A stretch of 64,000 nt of DNA from an uncultured Gemmatimonas sp. (GCA_964649225.1 CAZYPO010000003.1:36692-100691); one strand, 5' to 3'; counted from the stretch's first letter, positions 1-10,116 are shown. Numbers and translations are program-made. Notes: a model not told the origin generated them from the sequence alone.

Positions 1-986
1 GCGAGCCCGATCCGGGCGGTGGCCGCCTGAAAATCCCGCTCCGCGCGCTTCACGTCGGGGCGCCGCAGCAGCAGCTCCGCCGGAATGGAGTCGGGCACGG
101 CCACCGCGCGAACCACCGCCTCGAGCGGCGCCCCTCGCGCAATCGGCCCAGGGGCCTGGCCCAGCAGCAGCGCCAGCTGGTGTTCCCGCTCCGAGCGCTG
201 CCGGGCAAAGTCCGCCACCCGTGCCGCGGGCGCCGCCGCTTCGGCCTCGAATTGCCGGACGTCGAGCTCCGAGATCACCCCTTCGGCAAAGCGCCGCCGT
301 GCCAGGGCCAGCGTGGCTCGGCGCGACTCCAGGGTCTGCTCCGAGATGGCCAGTGCCTGGTCCAGCTCGCGCAGCTGGAGATAGGCGGTCACCACGTCGC
401 TCACCAGCGTCACCACCGCCGCGCGCTCGTCCTCTTCCCTGCCCCGCAGATCCAGCGAGGCCGCCTCCGTCTGCCGCCGCAGCCTGCCCCAGAAGTCGAG
501 CTCCCAAGCGAGATCCGCGGTCACCCTGATCACGTTGAAAGTCTGAACCGGGAAGTCCCCGAAGGCGCTCTGACTCTCGGCGGCTACGCCGTTCGCGCTG
601 AGTTGCGGGAAAAGATCCCCGCGCGCGACGCCCCGCAGGGCGCGGTACTCCCGCACCCGCGCCACCGCTATGCGGACATCACGATTGTTGGCGACCGCGA
701 TCTGCACCAGCCGCACCACCTGCGAGTCCCTCAGCACCTCGAGCCAGGGCTGATCGCTGGCGGGATCGAGAGCCAGCGGGCGCGGCGGAGCCAGCATCCT
801 CGCACCGGTGTCCTCCCGTTCGCGCACCTGCGTCAACGAGTCGAGAAAGCTCCGCGCTGCTGGTGCGGAAAGACTGTCCGGAGCGCGCACCGCCTGCATC
901 GGAGGAGCCGCCACACGGGTGGAGGGGCCCACGGCGCAGCCTGCGGCGGCCAGCAGGGCGAAAAACCCGATGTTTCTGCTGCCCAT
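1..986 (-). CDS. RND efflux outer-membrane factor lipoprotein (NodT/TolC family); N-terminal ~328 codons, 3' end beyond window edge
   Basis: Own translation of the minus strand from ATG 986..984 gives MGSRNIGFFALLAAAGCAVGP (lipobox LAAAGC), then ...VQIAVANNRDVRIAVARVREYRALRGVARGDLFPQLSA..., typical of OMF proteins. The frame stays open to position 1, so it is absent from the ORF track. It starts 2 nt after the RND pump stop. Confidence 0.8.
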   Translation of the reverse strand, partial: MGSRNIGFFALLAAAGCAVGPSTRVAAPPMQAVRAPDSLSAPAARSFLDSLTQVREREDTGARMLAPPRPLALDPASDQPWLEVLRDSQVVRLVQIAVANNRDVRIAVARVREYRALRGVARGDLFPQLSANGVAAESQSAFGDFPVQTFNVIRVTADLAWELDFWGRLRRQTEAASLDLRGREEDERAAVVTLVSDVVTAYLQLRELDQALAISEQTLESRRATLALARRRFAEGVISELDVRQFEAEAAAPAARVADFARQRSEREHQLALLLGQAPGPIARGAPLEAVVRAVAVPDSIPAELLLRRPDVKRAERDFQAATARIGL

Positions 987-988
987 GC

Positions 989-3900
989 TCACTTCGCCTC
1001 GGGTGAGGCCGGAACCGGAGCCGGCGCCGTGCGGCCGCGGCGCAAGCGCGCCCGATCGGCCAATCCGTGAATCACCGTGAAGAACAGCGGGATAAAGAAG
1101 ATCCCCACCAGGGTGGCCACCAGCATTCCGGCGAATACGCCGGTCCCGATCGAATGCCGGCTGGTCGCGCCCGCGCCGCTCGCGATCACCAGGGGCGAGA
1201 CGCCGAAGATGAAGGCGAAAGAAGTCATCAGGATCGGCCGCAACCGCTGCCGCGCGGCTTCCACCGCCGCCTCCCGGACCGAGCGTCCCTCCGCATGCAG
1301 CTTGGAAGCAAACTCCACGATCAGGATTGCGTTCTTGGCCGCCAACCCGATCACCGCGATCATGCCGACCTGGAAATAGACGTCACTGTCCATCCCGCGG
1401 AGCCATGCCCCGAGCAGCGCGCCGAAGATTCCGAAGGGCACCCCGAGCAGCACGGCAAAGGGAATCGCCCAGCTCTCGTACTGTGCCGCCAGGACCAGGA
1501 ACACCAGGATCAGGCCGAGCCCGATCACCAGGTTGCTGCCACCGGAGGAAATCCGCTCCTGGTAGGATTGCCCACTGTACGCATACCCGATCCCCTGCGC
1601 GGCGTACTTTTCCGCGACCAGCCGTTCCACCGCGGCCAGCATCTGGCCGGAGCTCTTGCCCCGCTTCGGCTGCCCGGTCACCAGCGCCGAGGGAAAGCCG
1701 TTAAAGCGGCTGATGATACTGGGCCGGCCCCGCATCTCAGCGCTCACCAGCGCGGCGAGTGGCAGCATGTTCCCATGTGAGCTGCGCACATAGAAGCGGC
1801 CGATGTCTTCGGGCTTCTGGCGAAACTGGCTCTCCGCTTCGGCCTGTACCCGGTAGGTCCGGCCGTACAAATTGAAGTCGTTGATGTAGAGGGTGGAGAG
1901 CATCGCTTGCAGGGTGGAGAATATCTGCCCCGTGCTGACGCCGCGCGCCTGCGCCGCTTCCTTGTCCACCTTTACGTACAGTTGGGGCACGTTCGCCTGG
2001 ATCAGCGAAGCAGCGCCCTGCACCTCGGGCAGTTGATTCACGTCCCGCGCGAAGCTCTGCACCGTGGCCGCGAATTCGGAGTAATCCTGGCCCGCCTTGG
2101 CTTGGAGGTTCATCTCCAGGCCGCTGGTGCGGCCGAGCCCGGGGATTTCCGGGAAGTTGAAGGCGAAAGCGAACGCCTCCTTGATGCCCATCAGCCCGAA
2201 GAAGGTTCGCCCGATGATGGCGTCGAGGCTTTGGCTCTTCTTTTTCCGTTGCTCCCACGGCTTGAGCCGTACGAACGCCGTGGCGCTGTTGGTCTGGTTC
2301 GAGAAGGTGAGCAAGTCCAGCCCGACCATCGTCACTACGCTGCGGACCGAGGAATCCGCCAGCACCATGTGCTCGATCTTGCTTACCACTTCCTCGGTCC
2401 GCTGCCGCGACGCCGCGTCGGGGAGCTGCATCCCGATCACGAAAAACCCCTTGTCTTCGGAGGGAATGAACGCGCTCTGCACTCGCCGCCCCAGCACGAA
2501 GGTCAGCGCCCCCATCACCAGAAACGCCGCCATGCCGGCACGCGGGTGCCCCACGATCTTGCCGGCGGCTCCGACGTAGCGCCCCCGCACCCGCTCGAAC
2601 CCCCGGTTGAAGGCCCGGAAGAACCGGCTGGTGGTTTCGGCGGGTGAGTGCTTGAGCAGTGTCGCGCACAGGGCCGGCGTGAGCGTGAGCGCCACCAGCC
2701 CCGAGATCACCACCGCGATCACGATGGTGAGCGCGAATTCCTTGTACATCGCCCCGGTGATCCCGCTCACGAACGCCACCGGCACGAAGACAGCGCAGAG
2801 CGAGAGCACGATCGCGACCAGCGCCCCCGCCACTTGACGAATGGCCTTGTCGGCGGCGAGCCGGGGCGGCAGGTGCTCCTCCTCCATGATCCGCTCGACG
2901 TTCTCGATGACCACGATGGCGTCGTCCACCACGATCCCGATCGCGAGCACCAGCCCGAAAAGGGTCAGGGTGTTGATGGTAAAACCCAGAATCTGCATCC
3001 CGAGGAAGGAGCCGATGATGCTCACCGGCACCGCCAGTACCGGAATGAGCGTGGCCCGCCAGCTCTCCAGGAAGAGGAACACCACCAGCGACACCAGGAT
3101 CATCGCCTCGACCAGAGTCTTCACGACCTCTTCCATCGACGCGGTGATGAAAGGGGTGGTGTCGAAAGGGACGTCGTAGCGCACGCCTACGGGGAACGCC
3201 TTGGAGAGCTCCTCGATCCGTTGGAGCACCGCGTTGCGCGCCGCGAGCTGGTTGGCGCCCGGCCGGGCATAGATCAGGAAAAAGGCCGTCGGCTGCCCGT
3301 TGAGCCGACCCGCCACGTCGTAGTTCACGGAGCCCAGGTGGACCCGCGCCAGATCGCGCACCCGCACCAGCGATCCGTCGGGCCGCGCCCGTACGATGAT
3401 GTCGCCGAACTCCTCCGGGGTGGTGAGCCGCCCGCTGGTGGTCACCGGCAGGGTGAGCTGGGTACCCGCCGGCGCAGGCTCACGTCCCAGGCGTCCCGCA
3501 GGGTTGGTGACGTTCTGCGCTCGAACCTCGCGAGCCACGTCGTCCACCGTGATGCCGAGCTGCGCCATCTTGTCCGGATCGAGGCTCAACAGCATCGAGA
3601 AGTCCGCCCCGCCGAAGGCCTGGGCATTCCCGACACCGGGCAGCCGCTTCATTTCATCTTCGATGTACAACTTGGCATAGTTGCTCAAGTATGCCGCGTC
3701 GTAGCGCGGGTCGTCCGAGACCAGGGACACCACCATCAGGATGTTGGTGTTGGTCTTCTGGATGACGATCCCGTTCCGGCGGACTTCTTCGGGAAGCTGA
3801 GGCTCGGCGAGCTTGACCGCGTTCTGCACCTCGACGGCCGCGAGATCCTGGTCGCGGGAGATATCGAAGTACACCGACAACGACATCACGCCACTGCTCG

Positions 3901-4171
3901 AATTGGCCGACTGGTAGTACAGCAGCCCGTCGAGCCCGGACAACTGTTGCTCGATCGGCGCCGCCACCGCCTGCGCGACGTCTTCGGCGCTGGCGCCGGG
4001 ATAGACTGCGGTGATTTGGACCGCGGGCGGGGTGATCTGGGGAAACCGGTTGACCGGCAGCCGGAGCAGCGCGAACGCGCCCAGCAGCGTGATGACGATG
4101 GAGACGACGCCGGCGAGAACCGGACGCCGGATGAAGAAGTAGCGGACCGGAGGCGGGGGCGTCTCGCTCAA
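989..4171 (-). CDS. RND multidrug efflux permease (AcrB/HAE1-type inner membrane pump)
   Basis: ORF 989..4330. Shows AcrB-like N-terminus ...YFFIRRPVLAGVVSIVITLLGAF... and VVDDAIVVIENVERIM. Start placed at TTG 4171 (LSETPPPPVRYFFIRRP), which forms TTGA with the MFP stop. The 53 upstream codons of the ORF-track model overlap the MFP gene. Confidence 0.93.
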   Translation of the reverse strand: MSETPPPPVRYFFIRRPVLAGVVSIVITLLGAFALLRLPVNRFPQITPPAVQITAVYPGASAEDVAQAVAAPIEQQLSGLDGLLYYQSANSSSGVMSLSVYFDISRDQDLAAVEVQNAVKLAEPQLPEEVRRNGIVIQKTNTNILMVVSLVSDDPRYDAAYLSNYAKLYIEDEMKRLPGVGNAQAFGGADFSMLLSLDPDKMAQLGITVDDVAREVRAQNVTNPAGRLGREPAPAGTQLTLPVTTSGRLTTPEEFGDIIVRARPDGSLVRVRDLARVHLGSVNYDVAGRLNGQPTAFFLIYARPGANQLAARNAVLQRIEELSKAFPVGVRYDVPFDTTPFITASMEEVVKTLVEAMILVSLVVFLFLESWRATLIPVLAVPVSIIGSFLGMQILGFTINTLTLFGLVLAIGIVVDDAIVVIENVERIMEEEHLPPRLAADKAIRQVAGALVAIVLSLCAVFVPVAFVSGITGAMYKEFALTIVIAVVISGLVALTLTPALCATLLKHSPAETTSRFFRAFNRGFERVRGRYVGAAGKIVGHPRAGMAAFLVMGALTFVLGRRVQSAFIPSEDKGFFVIGMQLPDAASRQRTEEVVSKIEHMVLADSSVRSVVTMVGLDLLTFSNQTNSATAFVRLKPWEQRKKKSQSLDAIIGRTFFGLMGIKEAFAFAFNFPEIPGLGRTSGLEMNLQAKAGQDYSEFAATVQSFARDVNQLPEVQGAASLIQANVPQLYVKVDKEAAQARGVSTGQIFSTLQAMLSTLYINDFNLYGRTYRVQAEAESQFRQKPEDIGRFYVRSSHGNMLPLAALVSAEMRGRPSIISRFNGFPSALVTGQPKRGKSSGQMLAAVERLVAEKYAAQGIGYAYSGQSYQERISSGGSNLVIGLGLILVFLVLAAQYESWAIPFAVLLGVPFGIFGALLGAWLRGMDSDVYFQVGMIAVIGLAAKNAILIVEFASKLHAEGRSVREAAVEAARQRLRPILMTSFAFIFGVSPLVIASGAGATSRHSIGTGVFAGMLVATLVGIFFIPLFFTVIHGLADRARLRRGRTAPAPVPASPEAK

Positions 4172-5346
4172 GGCCTGGATCCCCCGGCCGGCGCAGCGGC
4201 CGTGCGGGTGCTGTCCGCCAGCGGGACCGGCCGCACCTTGATGCCCGGCCGCACCTTCTGCACCCCATCCACCACGATCCGGTCGCCGGGACTCAGGCCT
4301 CGCTCGATCACCCAGTCCGAGCCGATCCATGCCGTCGCGGTCACGTCGTGCACGCGGATGGTGTCTCCCGCCGCGACCACGAAGACGCTCTGCCGGCCCA
4401 ACTGCTGCAGCACCGCCCGCTGCGGCACCACGATCGCGCTGTCGCGGGTTAGGCCAAGCAAACGCACCCGCACGAACTGACCCGGCAACAGGAGCTTGTC
4501 CGGGTTAGGAAGCTCGGCGCGGAATTGCTGGGTGCCCGTGGCGGGATCGAGCACCGGATCGACAAAACTGATCCGCCCCGATAGCGGAGCGGTTGAGCCG
4601 TCGGGAAGCACCACCTGCACTTTGAGTCCACCCCCGGGCTGGATCAGCTTGCTGGTCCGGGGATCGCGGCGCCAGGCCAGCAGTTGCTGCCCCGCGGGCC
4701 GGAAGCTGACGTAGATCGGATCGAGCACGTCGATGGTGGTGAGCACGTCTTCCGACCCGCGAATGCGGGCCCCGACTTCGAGCTGCGCCCGACCGACCCG
4801 GCCGCTGAGCTCGGCCCGCACGGCGGTGTCGTCGAGGTTTTTCTTGGCGCGGTCCACCACGCCGCGCGCGGCTTCCACCCCGGATTGCGCCTGCTTGGCC
4901 TGCGCGACCGCATTGTCGTATTCCTGCCTGGAGATCGCGTTGTCCCGCAGCAGCGCGCTCATCCGCGCCAGGTTCTGCTCCATGTTGGCCTGCCGCGCCT
5001 CCGCTTCGGCCAGCCGGGCCCGGGCCGCGCGCCAGTCGGCATCGTAGGAGGTGGGGTCGATGCGATAGAGTTCCTGGCCGATGCGGACCGCCTGGCCTTC
5101 GGCAAACGGGCGCGCCACGATCACGCCGCCGACCTGGGCGCGAACCTCCACGCTCTTGCTGGCTTCGACGTTCCCGACGAACTCGAAGACCTCCTCGACA
5201 GTGCGCGGAACGATCTGGAGCACCGCCACCTCGGGAGGTGGCGGGGCTTGGGGAGCGGGCTTCCGGCAGGCCGTGGCCAAACTACCGCCCCAGCCGGTGA
5301 GGACCGCCACTGCGATCCGGAGCGTCACTCTGGGTGTCGTGGGCAT
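4168..5346 (-). CDS. RND efflux periplasmic adaptor (membrane fusion protein, HlyD/AcrA family) lipoprotein
   Basis: ORF 4168..5652 trimmed to ATG 5346 (MPTTPRVTLRIAVAVLTGWGGSLATAC lipobox). Has coiled-coil and barrel-sandwich type sequence. The start shares one base with the tetR stop (TGATG). Confidence 0.9.
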   Translation of the reverse strand: MPTTPRVTLRIAVAVLTGWGGSLATACRKPAPQAPPPPEVAVLQIVPRTVEEVFEFVGNVEASKSVEVRAQVGGVIVARPFAEGQAVRIGQELYRIDPTSYDADWRAARARLAEAEARQANMEQNLARMSALLRDNAISRQEYDNAVAQAKQAQSGVEAARGVVDRAKKNLDDTAVRAELSGRVGRAQLEVGARIRGSEDVLTTIDVLDPIYVSFRPAGQQLLAWRRDPRTSKLIQPGGGLKVQVVLPDGSTAPLSGRISFVDPVLDPATGTQQFRAELPNPDKLLLPGQFVRVRLLGLTRDSAIVVPQRAVLQQLGRQSVFVVAAGDTIRVHDVTATAWIGSDWVIERGLSPGDRIVVDGVQKVRPGIKVRPVPLADSTRTAAAPAGGSRP

Positions 5347-5990
5347 CAACTTCTCCAGCTTCGAACCGCGGGTTCTTGGGTCTCTCCCATCTCTTTTAGC
5401 GCCGCTCGACCGTAGCAGCGGCACGCTCGCAGGAATTCCTCCGACATCGGCGTGTCCCGGAGCGCGCGGGCAAGGACCAGGCCGCCCAGCATGAGCGCGA
5501 GCGAGCCAAGCACTGCGCTCCGTGGGGCGCGCTCCCCCTCGGCGTGACACCCCTTCTGCAGCCACTCGGTGAACGCCGCGAGCTCCGCGGCCAGCGCGTG
5601 CTTCCCCATCCCCTCGAGCGCAATCTCGGCGGCCACCGCCGGCAGCGGACACCCCCCCGAGGGTTCATCCCGGTGGCGCGCCGAGAGGTAGCGCTCCAGC
5701 ATCCCCTCGAGGAGCACCGGCCAGGCTTCGTCGTGCGGGCGCCCCAGCAGCTTGCCCCGCCATTCTCCCAGGCAGCGGTGCAGCGAGGCCTCGATCAGTG
5801 CTTCCTTGGAATCGAAATGCGCGTAGAACCCGCCGACCGTGAGCCCGGCCGCTTGCATCACATCGGCGACGTTGGTGCCCGCGATGCCGCGCACCCGCAG
5901 CAGGCGGGAGGCGGAGGCGAGGATCGCTTCGCGCGTCCGCGCCTTCTGATCGGACTTCTTGGGGGGGCGATGGCTCGGCCGGGCTGACAT
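5346..5990 (-). CDS. TetR/AcrR family transcriptional regulator (first cistron of efflux operon)
   Basis: ORF 5346..5990. N-terminal HTH ...TREAILASASRLLRVRGIAGTNVADVMQAAGLTVGGFYAHFDSKEAL... is typical of the TetR family. Confidence 0.9.
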   Translation of the reverse strand: MSARPSHRPPKKSDQKARTREAILASASRLLRVRGIAGTNVADVMQAAGLTVGGFYAHFDSKEALIEASLHRCLGEWRGKLLGRPHDEAWPVLLEGMLERYLSARHRDEPSGGCPLPAVAAEIALEGMGKHALAAELAAFTEWLQKGCHAEGERAPRSAVLGSLALMLGGLVLARALRDTPMSEEFLRACRCYGRAALKEMGETQEPAVRSWRS

Positions 5991-5996
5991 GATGGC

Positions 5997-6022
5997 GATA
6001 ATATTACCACCATAATATCATC
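5997..6022. promoter_or_regulatory. Candidate TetR operator / tetR promoter: inverted repeat GATAATATTA-N6-TAATATCATC
   Basis: 10-bp arms with 9/10 complementarity (5997-6006 / 6013-6022), immediately upstream of tetR. On the minus strand TATTAT (6003..5998) lies 7 nt before ATG 5990. Confidence 0.45.
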
Positions 6023-6054
6023 ACGCAACCCCGGAAGGTCGCGGTCTCCCGAGC

Positions 6055-8742
6055 CTACTCTCGGCGCAGCACCGCGATGGGATCGGCCCGCGTGGCGCGC
6101 TTGGCGGGGATGTAACACGCCACCACGGCCACCGCGGTCAGGATTCCTCCAACGCTCAGGAAGGTGGCCGGGTCCATCGGGCTCACTTCGAAGAGCAGTG
6201 TGCGCAGGAACCGGGTGAGCCAGAGAGCGCCGCCGAGGCCGAGACCCAGGCCCAGCAACGCGAGCGCGAGCCCCTGCCACATCACCAGTCGCAGCACGTC
6301 CCGGGGCGCCGCGCCCAGTGCCAGCCGGACTCCGAATTCACGGAGTCGGCCATTGACGCTGAGCGTCATCACGCCGTAGATGCCGATCACCGCCAGCAAC
6401 AGCGCGAGACCCGCGAACCCCGTGAGCAGCAGGTTGGTGAGCCGGGCGAGACTGAGGGACTCGGCCATCGCTCCTTCCATGGTATGCACTTCGGAAACGG
6501 GCAGCGTGGGGTCCAGCTCGGTCACCCGCCGGCGGAGCCCCGCCACCAGCACGTCGGAAGCGCCTCCGGCGCGCATCACGATGTAGATGGACCAGCTGGG
6601 GTTCTGGGAGAACGGCCGGTACATCTCGAAGTTGGGCCGCTCGCGCAGGCTCGAATGCTTGACGTTCGGCGCCACGCCCACGATGGTGAGCCATGGCGAG
6701 CCGCTGTCGGTGCTGATGCGGATGCGCTTGCCGATGGGGTCGCCGCCGGGCCAGTACTGCCGGGCCACCGTCTCGTCCACCACGACGACGGGAGGCGAGC
6801 CGGCGGCGTCGCTCGGGAGGATGCCGCGGCCCCTGAGAATCGGCGTGCCGATGGCGTCGAAGTAGCCGGCGGAGACAACCCGGGCGTTGATGACCGGGAT
6901 GGCCTCGCCGGGCTTCGGAGTCTGTCCCTCGATGTACAGGTTCTGCTGAGGATTGCCCCGGCTGAACGGCACCCGATTCGCCAGCCCCACCTGGTGCACC
7001 CCGGGGAGGGATCGCACCGACTCGAGCAGGCGGGCCTGGAACACCCGGACCACTGTGTCACTCGCGTACTTGGGCCACGGCAACTGGACGCGCGCGGTCA
7101 GCACGTTGTCGGGCCGGAATCCGGGGTCCACCTCCAGCGTGCGTCGGAAACTTCGCAGCAAGAGCCCGGCTCCGATAAGGAGGATCAGCGACAAGGCGAA
7201 TTGCGCGACCACGAATCCGTGGCTCAGCCGGCGCGCGCCTCCTGAGGTGCCGCCGCGGACCCCCTCCCGGAGGCCGTCGAGGGGATCCACGCGCGAGGCG
7301 CGGACGGCGGGCGCCACTCCGAAGAGGAGACCCGCGGTGAGGGTGACGCCGAGCGTGAAGAACAGCGCCGCGGGATCAAGCTGGACTTCCGCGAGCCGGG
7401 GAACCGGTCCGACCTCGAGGCCCCGGATGACGCGGATGCCGAGGGCCGCGAGCAGCAAACCTGCGCCGCCGCCCAGCACCGCGAGCACCAGGCTCTCCGT
7501 GATGAGTTGTGCTGCGAGTCGTCCGGTGCTGGCGCCGAGACAGCAGCGGAGGGCCATCTCCCTGCTGCGGGCAAGAGCCCGCGCCAGGAGCAGATTGCCG
7601 ATGTTGGCCGAAGCGATGAGCAGCACGAACCCCACCGCGCCCAGCAGCACTAGGAGCGGCGTGCGGGCGTCTCCCACCAGGCTCGCCAGCACCGGTTGCA
7701 CCACCGCCCTCGCCCCACCGGCTTTGGCGTCGGGAAAGCGCGACGGCCGGTTCACCATGAACTCGTCGCTCATGGCGACCACCTCCCGATGCGCGTCCTC
7801 CACCGTCTGGCCGGGCTTGAGACGTGCCACCGTGGAGAGGTACCAGTTGTTCACGCCCTCCGGGTCGAGCACCAGCGGCAGCCACAGCTCGGCGTGCTCC
7901 GGGAAATCGAAGCCCGGGGGCATGATGCCAACGACCACGGTCGGTTGGCCGCCCACCAGGATGGACTTGCCGACGAGATCCCGATCGCCTCCGAAACGGC
8001 GCCGCCAGAGCGCATGGCTCACCACTGCCACGTTGTTCTTGCCCTGGGTTCCGTCCTCCGGCAGGAAGGCCCGCCCCGCCACCGGAACCTGCCTCATCAC
8101 CCGAAAGAAGTCGGTGGACACCCCCGACGCAGGGGCCCGCTCCGGCTCTCCGTCTCCGGAGAGGCTGACGCCGCCGACGGTATACGCCGCGACCGATTCG
8201 AACACCCGGCTCCGTTGCTGGAAGAAGACGAACATCGCGTCGGGGTAGTTCACCACCGGCAGCCGCTTTTCCGGCGCGGTGCCCCAGAAAGTCACCAGCT
8301 TGTCCGACTCGGGATACGGCAGCGGCCTGAGCAGGACGCCGTTGACGGTGCTGAAGATGGCGGTGTTGGCGCCGATGCCGAGCCCGAGGGTGAGCACGGC
8401 CACGGCGGTAAACGCTGGCCGGGTTCTGAGCATGCGGAGTCCGAAACGGAGATCCTGGGCGAACTGGCTCCCCCAGCGTCCCCTGCGGGACTCGCCTGGA
8501 GCGATCGCCGGGGGAGCCGCGGGACGTTCGAGCCCGGCGAGGGCCTGCACCAGGTCCGCGCCCTCGCCGATTTCCTCCAGCGCGGCCCGGAAGGCCTCAT
8601 CCTCCGCAACGCCCCGCGCACGCAGCTCGCGGAAACGGTCTTCCAGGTGCAGAGAAAGCTCCTCGACGATCTCGGCTTCACGGAGCGGCGCGAGGTGCAG
8701 TTCCGCCAGCCGCTGGTGGATCTCTTCGCCCCACTCAGGCAT
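6055..8742 (-). CDS. Duplicated FtsX/MacB-type ABC permease without adjacent ATPase (ADOP-like 'duplicated orphan permease') with N-terminal helical prefix domain
   Basis: ORF 6055..8742. Helical prefix [37 protein letters not shown], then [36 protein letters not shown]. Two MacB-like periplasmic plus FtsX 4-TM halves. 8-nt overlap with the upstream PadR gene. Confidence 0.88.
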   Translation of the reverse strand: MPEWGEEIHQRLAELHLAPLREAEIVEELSLHLEDRFRELRARGVAEDEAFRAALEEIGEGADLVQALAGLERPAAPPAIAPGESRRGRWGSQFAQDLRFGLRMLRTRPAFTAVAVLTLGLGIGANTAIFSTVNGVLLRPLPYPESDKLVTFWGTAPEKRLPVVNYPDAMFVFFQQRSRVFESVAAYTVGGVSLSGDGEPERAPASGVSTDFFRVMRQVPVAGRAFLPEDGTQGKNNVAVVSHALWRRRFGGDRDLVGKSILVGGQPTVVVGIMPPGFDFPEHAELWLPLVLDPEGVNNWYLSTVARLKPGQTVEDAHREVVAMSDEFMVNRPSRFPDAKAGGARAVVQPVLASLVGDARTPLLVLLGAVGFVLLIASANIGNLLLARALARSREMALRCCLGASTGRLAAQLITESLVLAVLGGGAGLLLAALGIRVIRGLEVGPVPRLAEVQLDPAALFFTLGVTLTAGLLFGVAPAVRASRVDPLDGLREGVRGGTSGGARRLSHGFVVAQFALSLILLIGAGLLLRSFRRTLEVDPGFRPDNVLTARVQLPWPKYASDTVVRVFQARLLESVRSLPGVHQVGLANRVPFSRGNPQQNLYIEGQTPKPGEAIPVINARVVSAGYFDAIGTPILRGRGILPSDAAGSPPVVVVDETVARQYWPGGDPIGKRIRISTDSGSPWLTIVGVAPNVKHSSLRERPNFEMYRPFSQNPSWSIYIVMRAGGASDVLVAGLRRRVTELDPTLPVSEVHTMEGAMAESLSLARLTNLLLTGFAGLALLLAVIGIYGVMTLSVNGRLREFGVRLALGAAPRDVLRLVMWQGLALALLGLGLGLGGALWLTRFLRTLLFEVSPMDPATFLSVGGILTAVAVVACYIPAKRATRADPIAVLRRE

Positions 8743-9067
8743 GCTGCACCCCCGCGATCCGGTTGATGGCCTCGGCGAAGGCGCTCCAGCCGCGGCGCTG
8801 GGCGGCCAGGATCTTCCGGCCCGCCGGTGTAAGGCGGTAGTAGCGGCGGCGGCGCTGGCCCGCCTTCTCGACCCAGCGCCCGTCGATCCAGCCGCGCTTC
8901 TCCAGCCGGTACAGCAGCGGATACAGCGAAGCGACGTGGAAGCGCAGCACGCCGCGCGAACGGAGCTCGATCAGCTTATTGAGCTCGTAGCCGTGCCGGG
9001 CCTCGTGCTCCAGGAGCGAGAGGATCAGCAGCTCGGCGCTGCCCTTTTTCCATTCCCGGTCGGTCAT
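8735..9067 (-). CDS. PadR family transcriptional regulator
   Basis: ORF 8735..9163 trimmed to ATG 9067 ([34 protein letters not shown]...[14 protein letters not shown]...[12 protein letters not shown]), a PadR winged-helix signature. Alternative start ATG 9082. Confidence 0.85.
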   Translation of the reverse strand: MTDREWKKGSAELLILSLLEHEARHGYELNKLIELRSRGVLRFHVASLYPLLYRLEKRGWIDGRWVEKAGQRRRRYYRLTPAGRKILAAQRRGWSAFAEAINRIAGVQHA

Positions 9068-9185
9068 GATGGTGGCTACCATATGTGGTGTCGCAATATA
9101 TGTAGGCAACAGTTCTTCCCAGGTCAAGCCGGGCGGGGAGCGGAGAATGCACCGGGGGAGCAACGGCGCCTGCGGTGGGAACCAA

Positions 9186-9258
<73 letters not shown>

Positions 9259-9468
9259 GGAGGGCGAGGAATATATAGATATCCCCCGCCCCCCGTCCAA
9301 CTGTCTGGGCTACGGAATCTTGGGCCTCTTGAAGAGGCCCTTCGGTTGGCCGGCAGCGGGCAGCGCGAGGCCCGCAAGGGCGGCCACGAGAGTGAGACGA
9401 CGCATGAAATGAGGCTCAATGATGCGAGTGGTCTTCGAATATACTGTTCCGCCGTATATTCCTCCTCC

Positions 9469-10113
9469 ATGCGCCACCCCCGGTTCCCCAATCTGAGCGT
9501 CCTCGAGCACCCGCTGATCCAGCACAAGCTGGCGATTCTCCGCGACAAATCCACCTCCGTCAAGGATTTCAAGCAGCTGGTCAACGAGATCGCGATGCTG
9601 ATGACCTACGAGGTCACCCGCGACCTGGCCACCGAGGCGATCGATATCGATACTCCGCTGGAGCGCACCACGGCTCGCCGCGTGGCGGGGAAAAAACTCA
9701 GCTTGATCCCCATCCTACGTGCCGGCCTGGGCATGGTGGAGGGAATCACCCAGCTCATCCCCTCCGCGCGGGTCGGACACATCGGATTGTACCGCGACCA
9801 CGAAACCCTCCAGCCGGTGAGCTACTACTTCAAGGTGCCCGCCGCCGAGACCGACCGGGATTTTTTCGTGCTCGATCCGATGCTCGCCACCGGAGGTTCG
9901 GCGGTCGCCGCGGTCGGCAAGCTCCGCGCATCCGGGGCCACGAGGATCCGCTTCCTCTGCTTGGTCGCTGCACCGGAAGGCGTGCAGGCAATGCTGGACG
10001 CCCATCCGACTGTCCCCGTGTTTGCCGCTGCGCTCGACCGGGAGCTCAACCAGGTAGGGTACATTCTGCCGGGCCTGGGTGACGCCGGTGACCGCATTTT
10101 TGGAACCAGGTGA
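9469..10113 (+). CDS. upp: Uracil phosphoribosyltransferase
   Basis: ORF 9346..10113 trimmed to ATG 9469 ([30 protein letters not shown]...ILRAGLGM...[11 protein letters not shown]...[13 protein letters not shown]), a full-length Upp signature. Confidence 0.93.
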   Translation: MRHPRFPNLSVLEHPLIQHKLAILRDKSTSVKDFKQLVNEIAMLMTYEVTRDLATEAIDIDTPLERTTARRVAGKKLSLIPILRAGLGMVEGITQLIPSARVGHIGLYRDHETLQPVSYYFKVPAAETDRDFFVLDPMLATGGSAVAAVGKLRASGATRIRFLCLVAAPEGVQAMLDAHPTVPVFAAALDRELNQVGYILPGLGDAGDRIFGTR

Positions 10114-10116
10114 CCA

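Noticed and set aside
2648-4480. 610-aa plus-strand ORF and many other long ORFs (e.g. 180..1070 +, 6953..8248 +, 11178..12101 -, 12693..13796 -, 14593..15729 -, 18049..19422 -, 26369..27703 -, 33101..34336 +, 39175..40239 +, 52849..53814 -, 54722..56179 -, 61856..63388 +)
   Set aside because: They lie antisense or out of frame to genes with clear family signatures. Their Arg/Pro/Gly/His-rich, low-complexity translations are typical of stop-codon-poor alternate frames in high-G+C DNA. No motifs were recognised.
5997-6022. Resemblance of GATAATATTA...TAATATCATC to a Fur box (GATAAT hexamers)
   Set aside because: It does not fit the 9-1-9 GATAATGATAATCATTATC arrangement. Its position directly upstream of a tetR gene makes a TetR operator or -10 element the simpler explanation.
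9310-9405. 31-codon ORF ([31 protein letters not shown]) between tRNA-Phe and upp, containing a 19-nt perfect palindrome GGGCCTCTTGAAGAGGCCC (9322-9340)
   Set aside because: It could be a small secreted peptide or an sRNA/terminator hairpin. It is too short to support from sequence alone, and the signal-peptide-like look is common in random G+C-rich frames. Transcriptome data would be needed.
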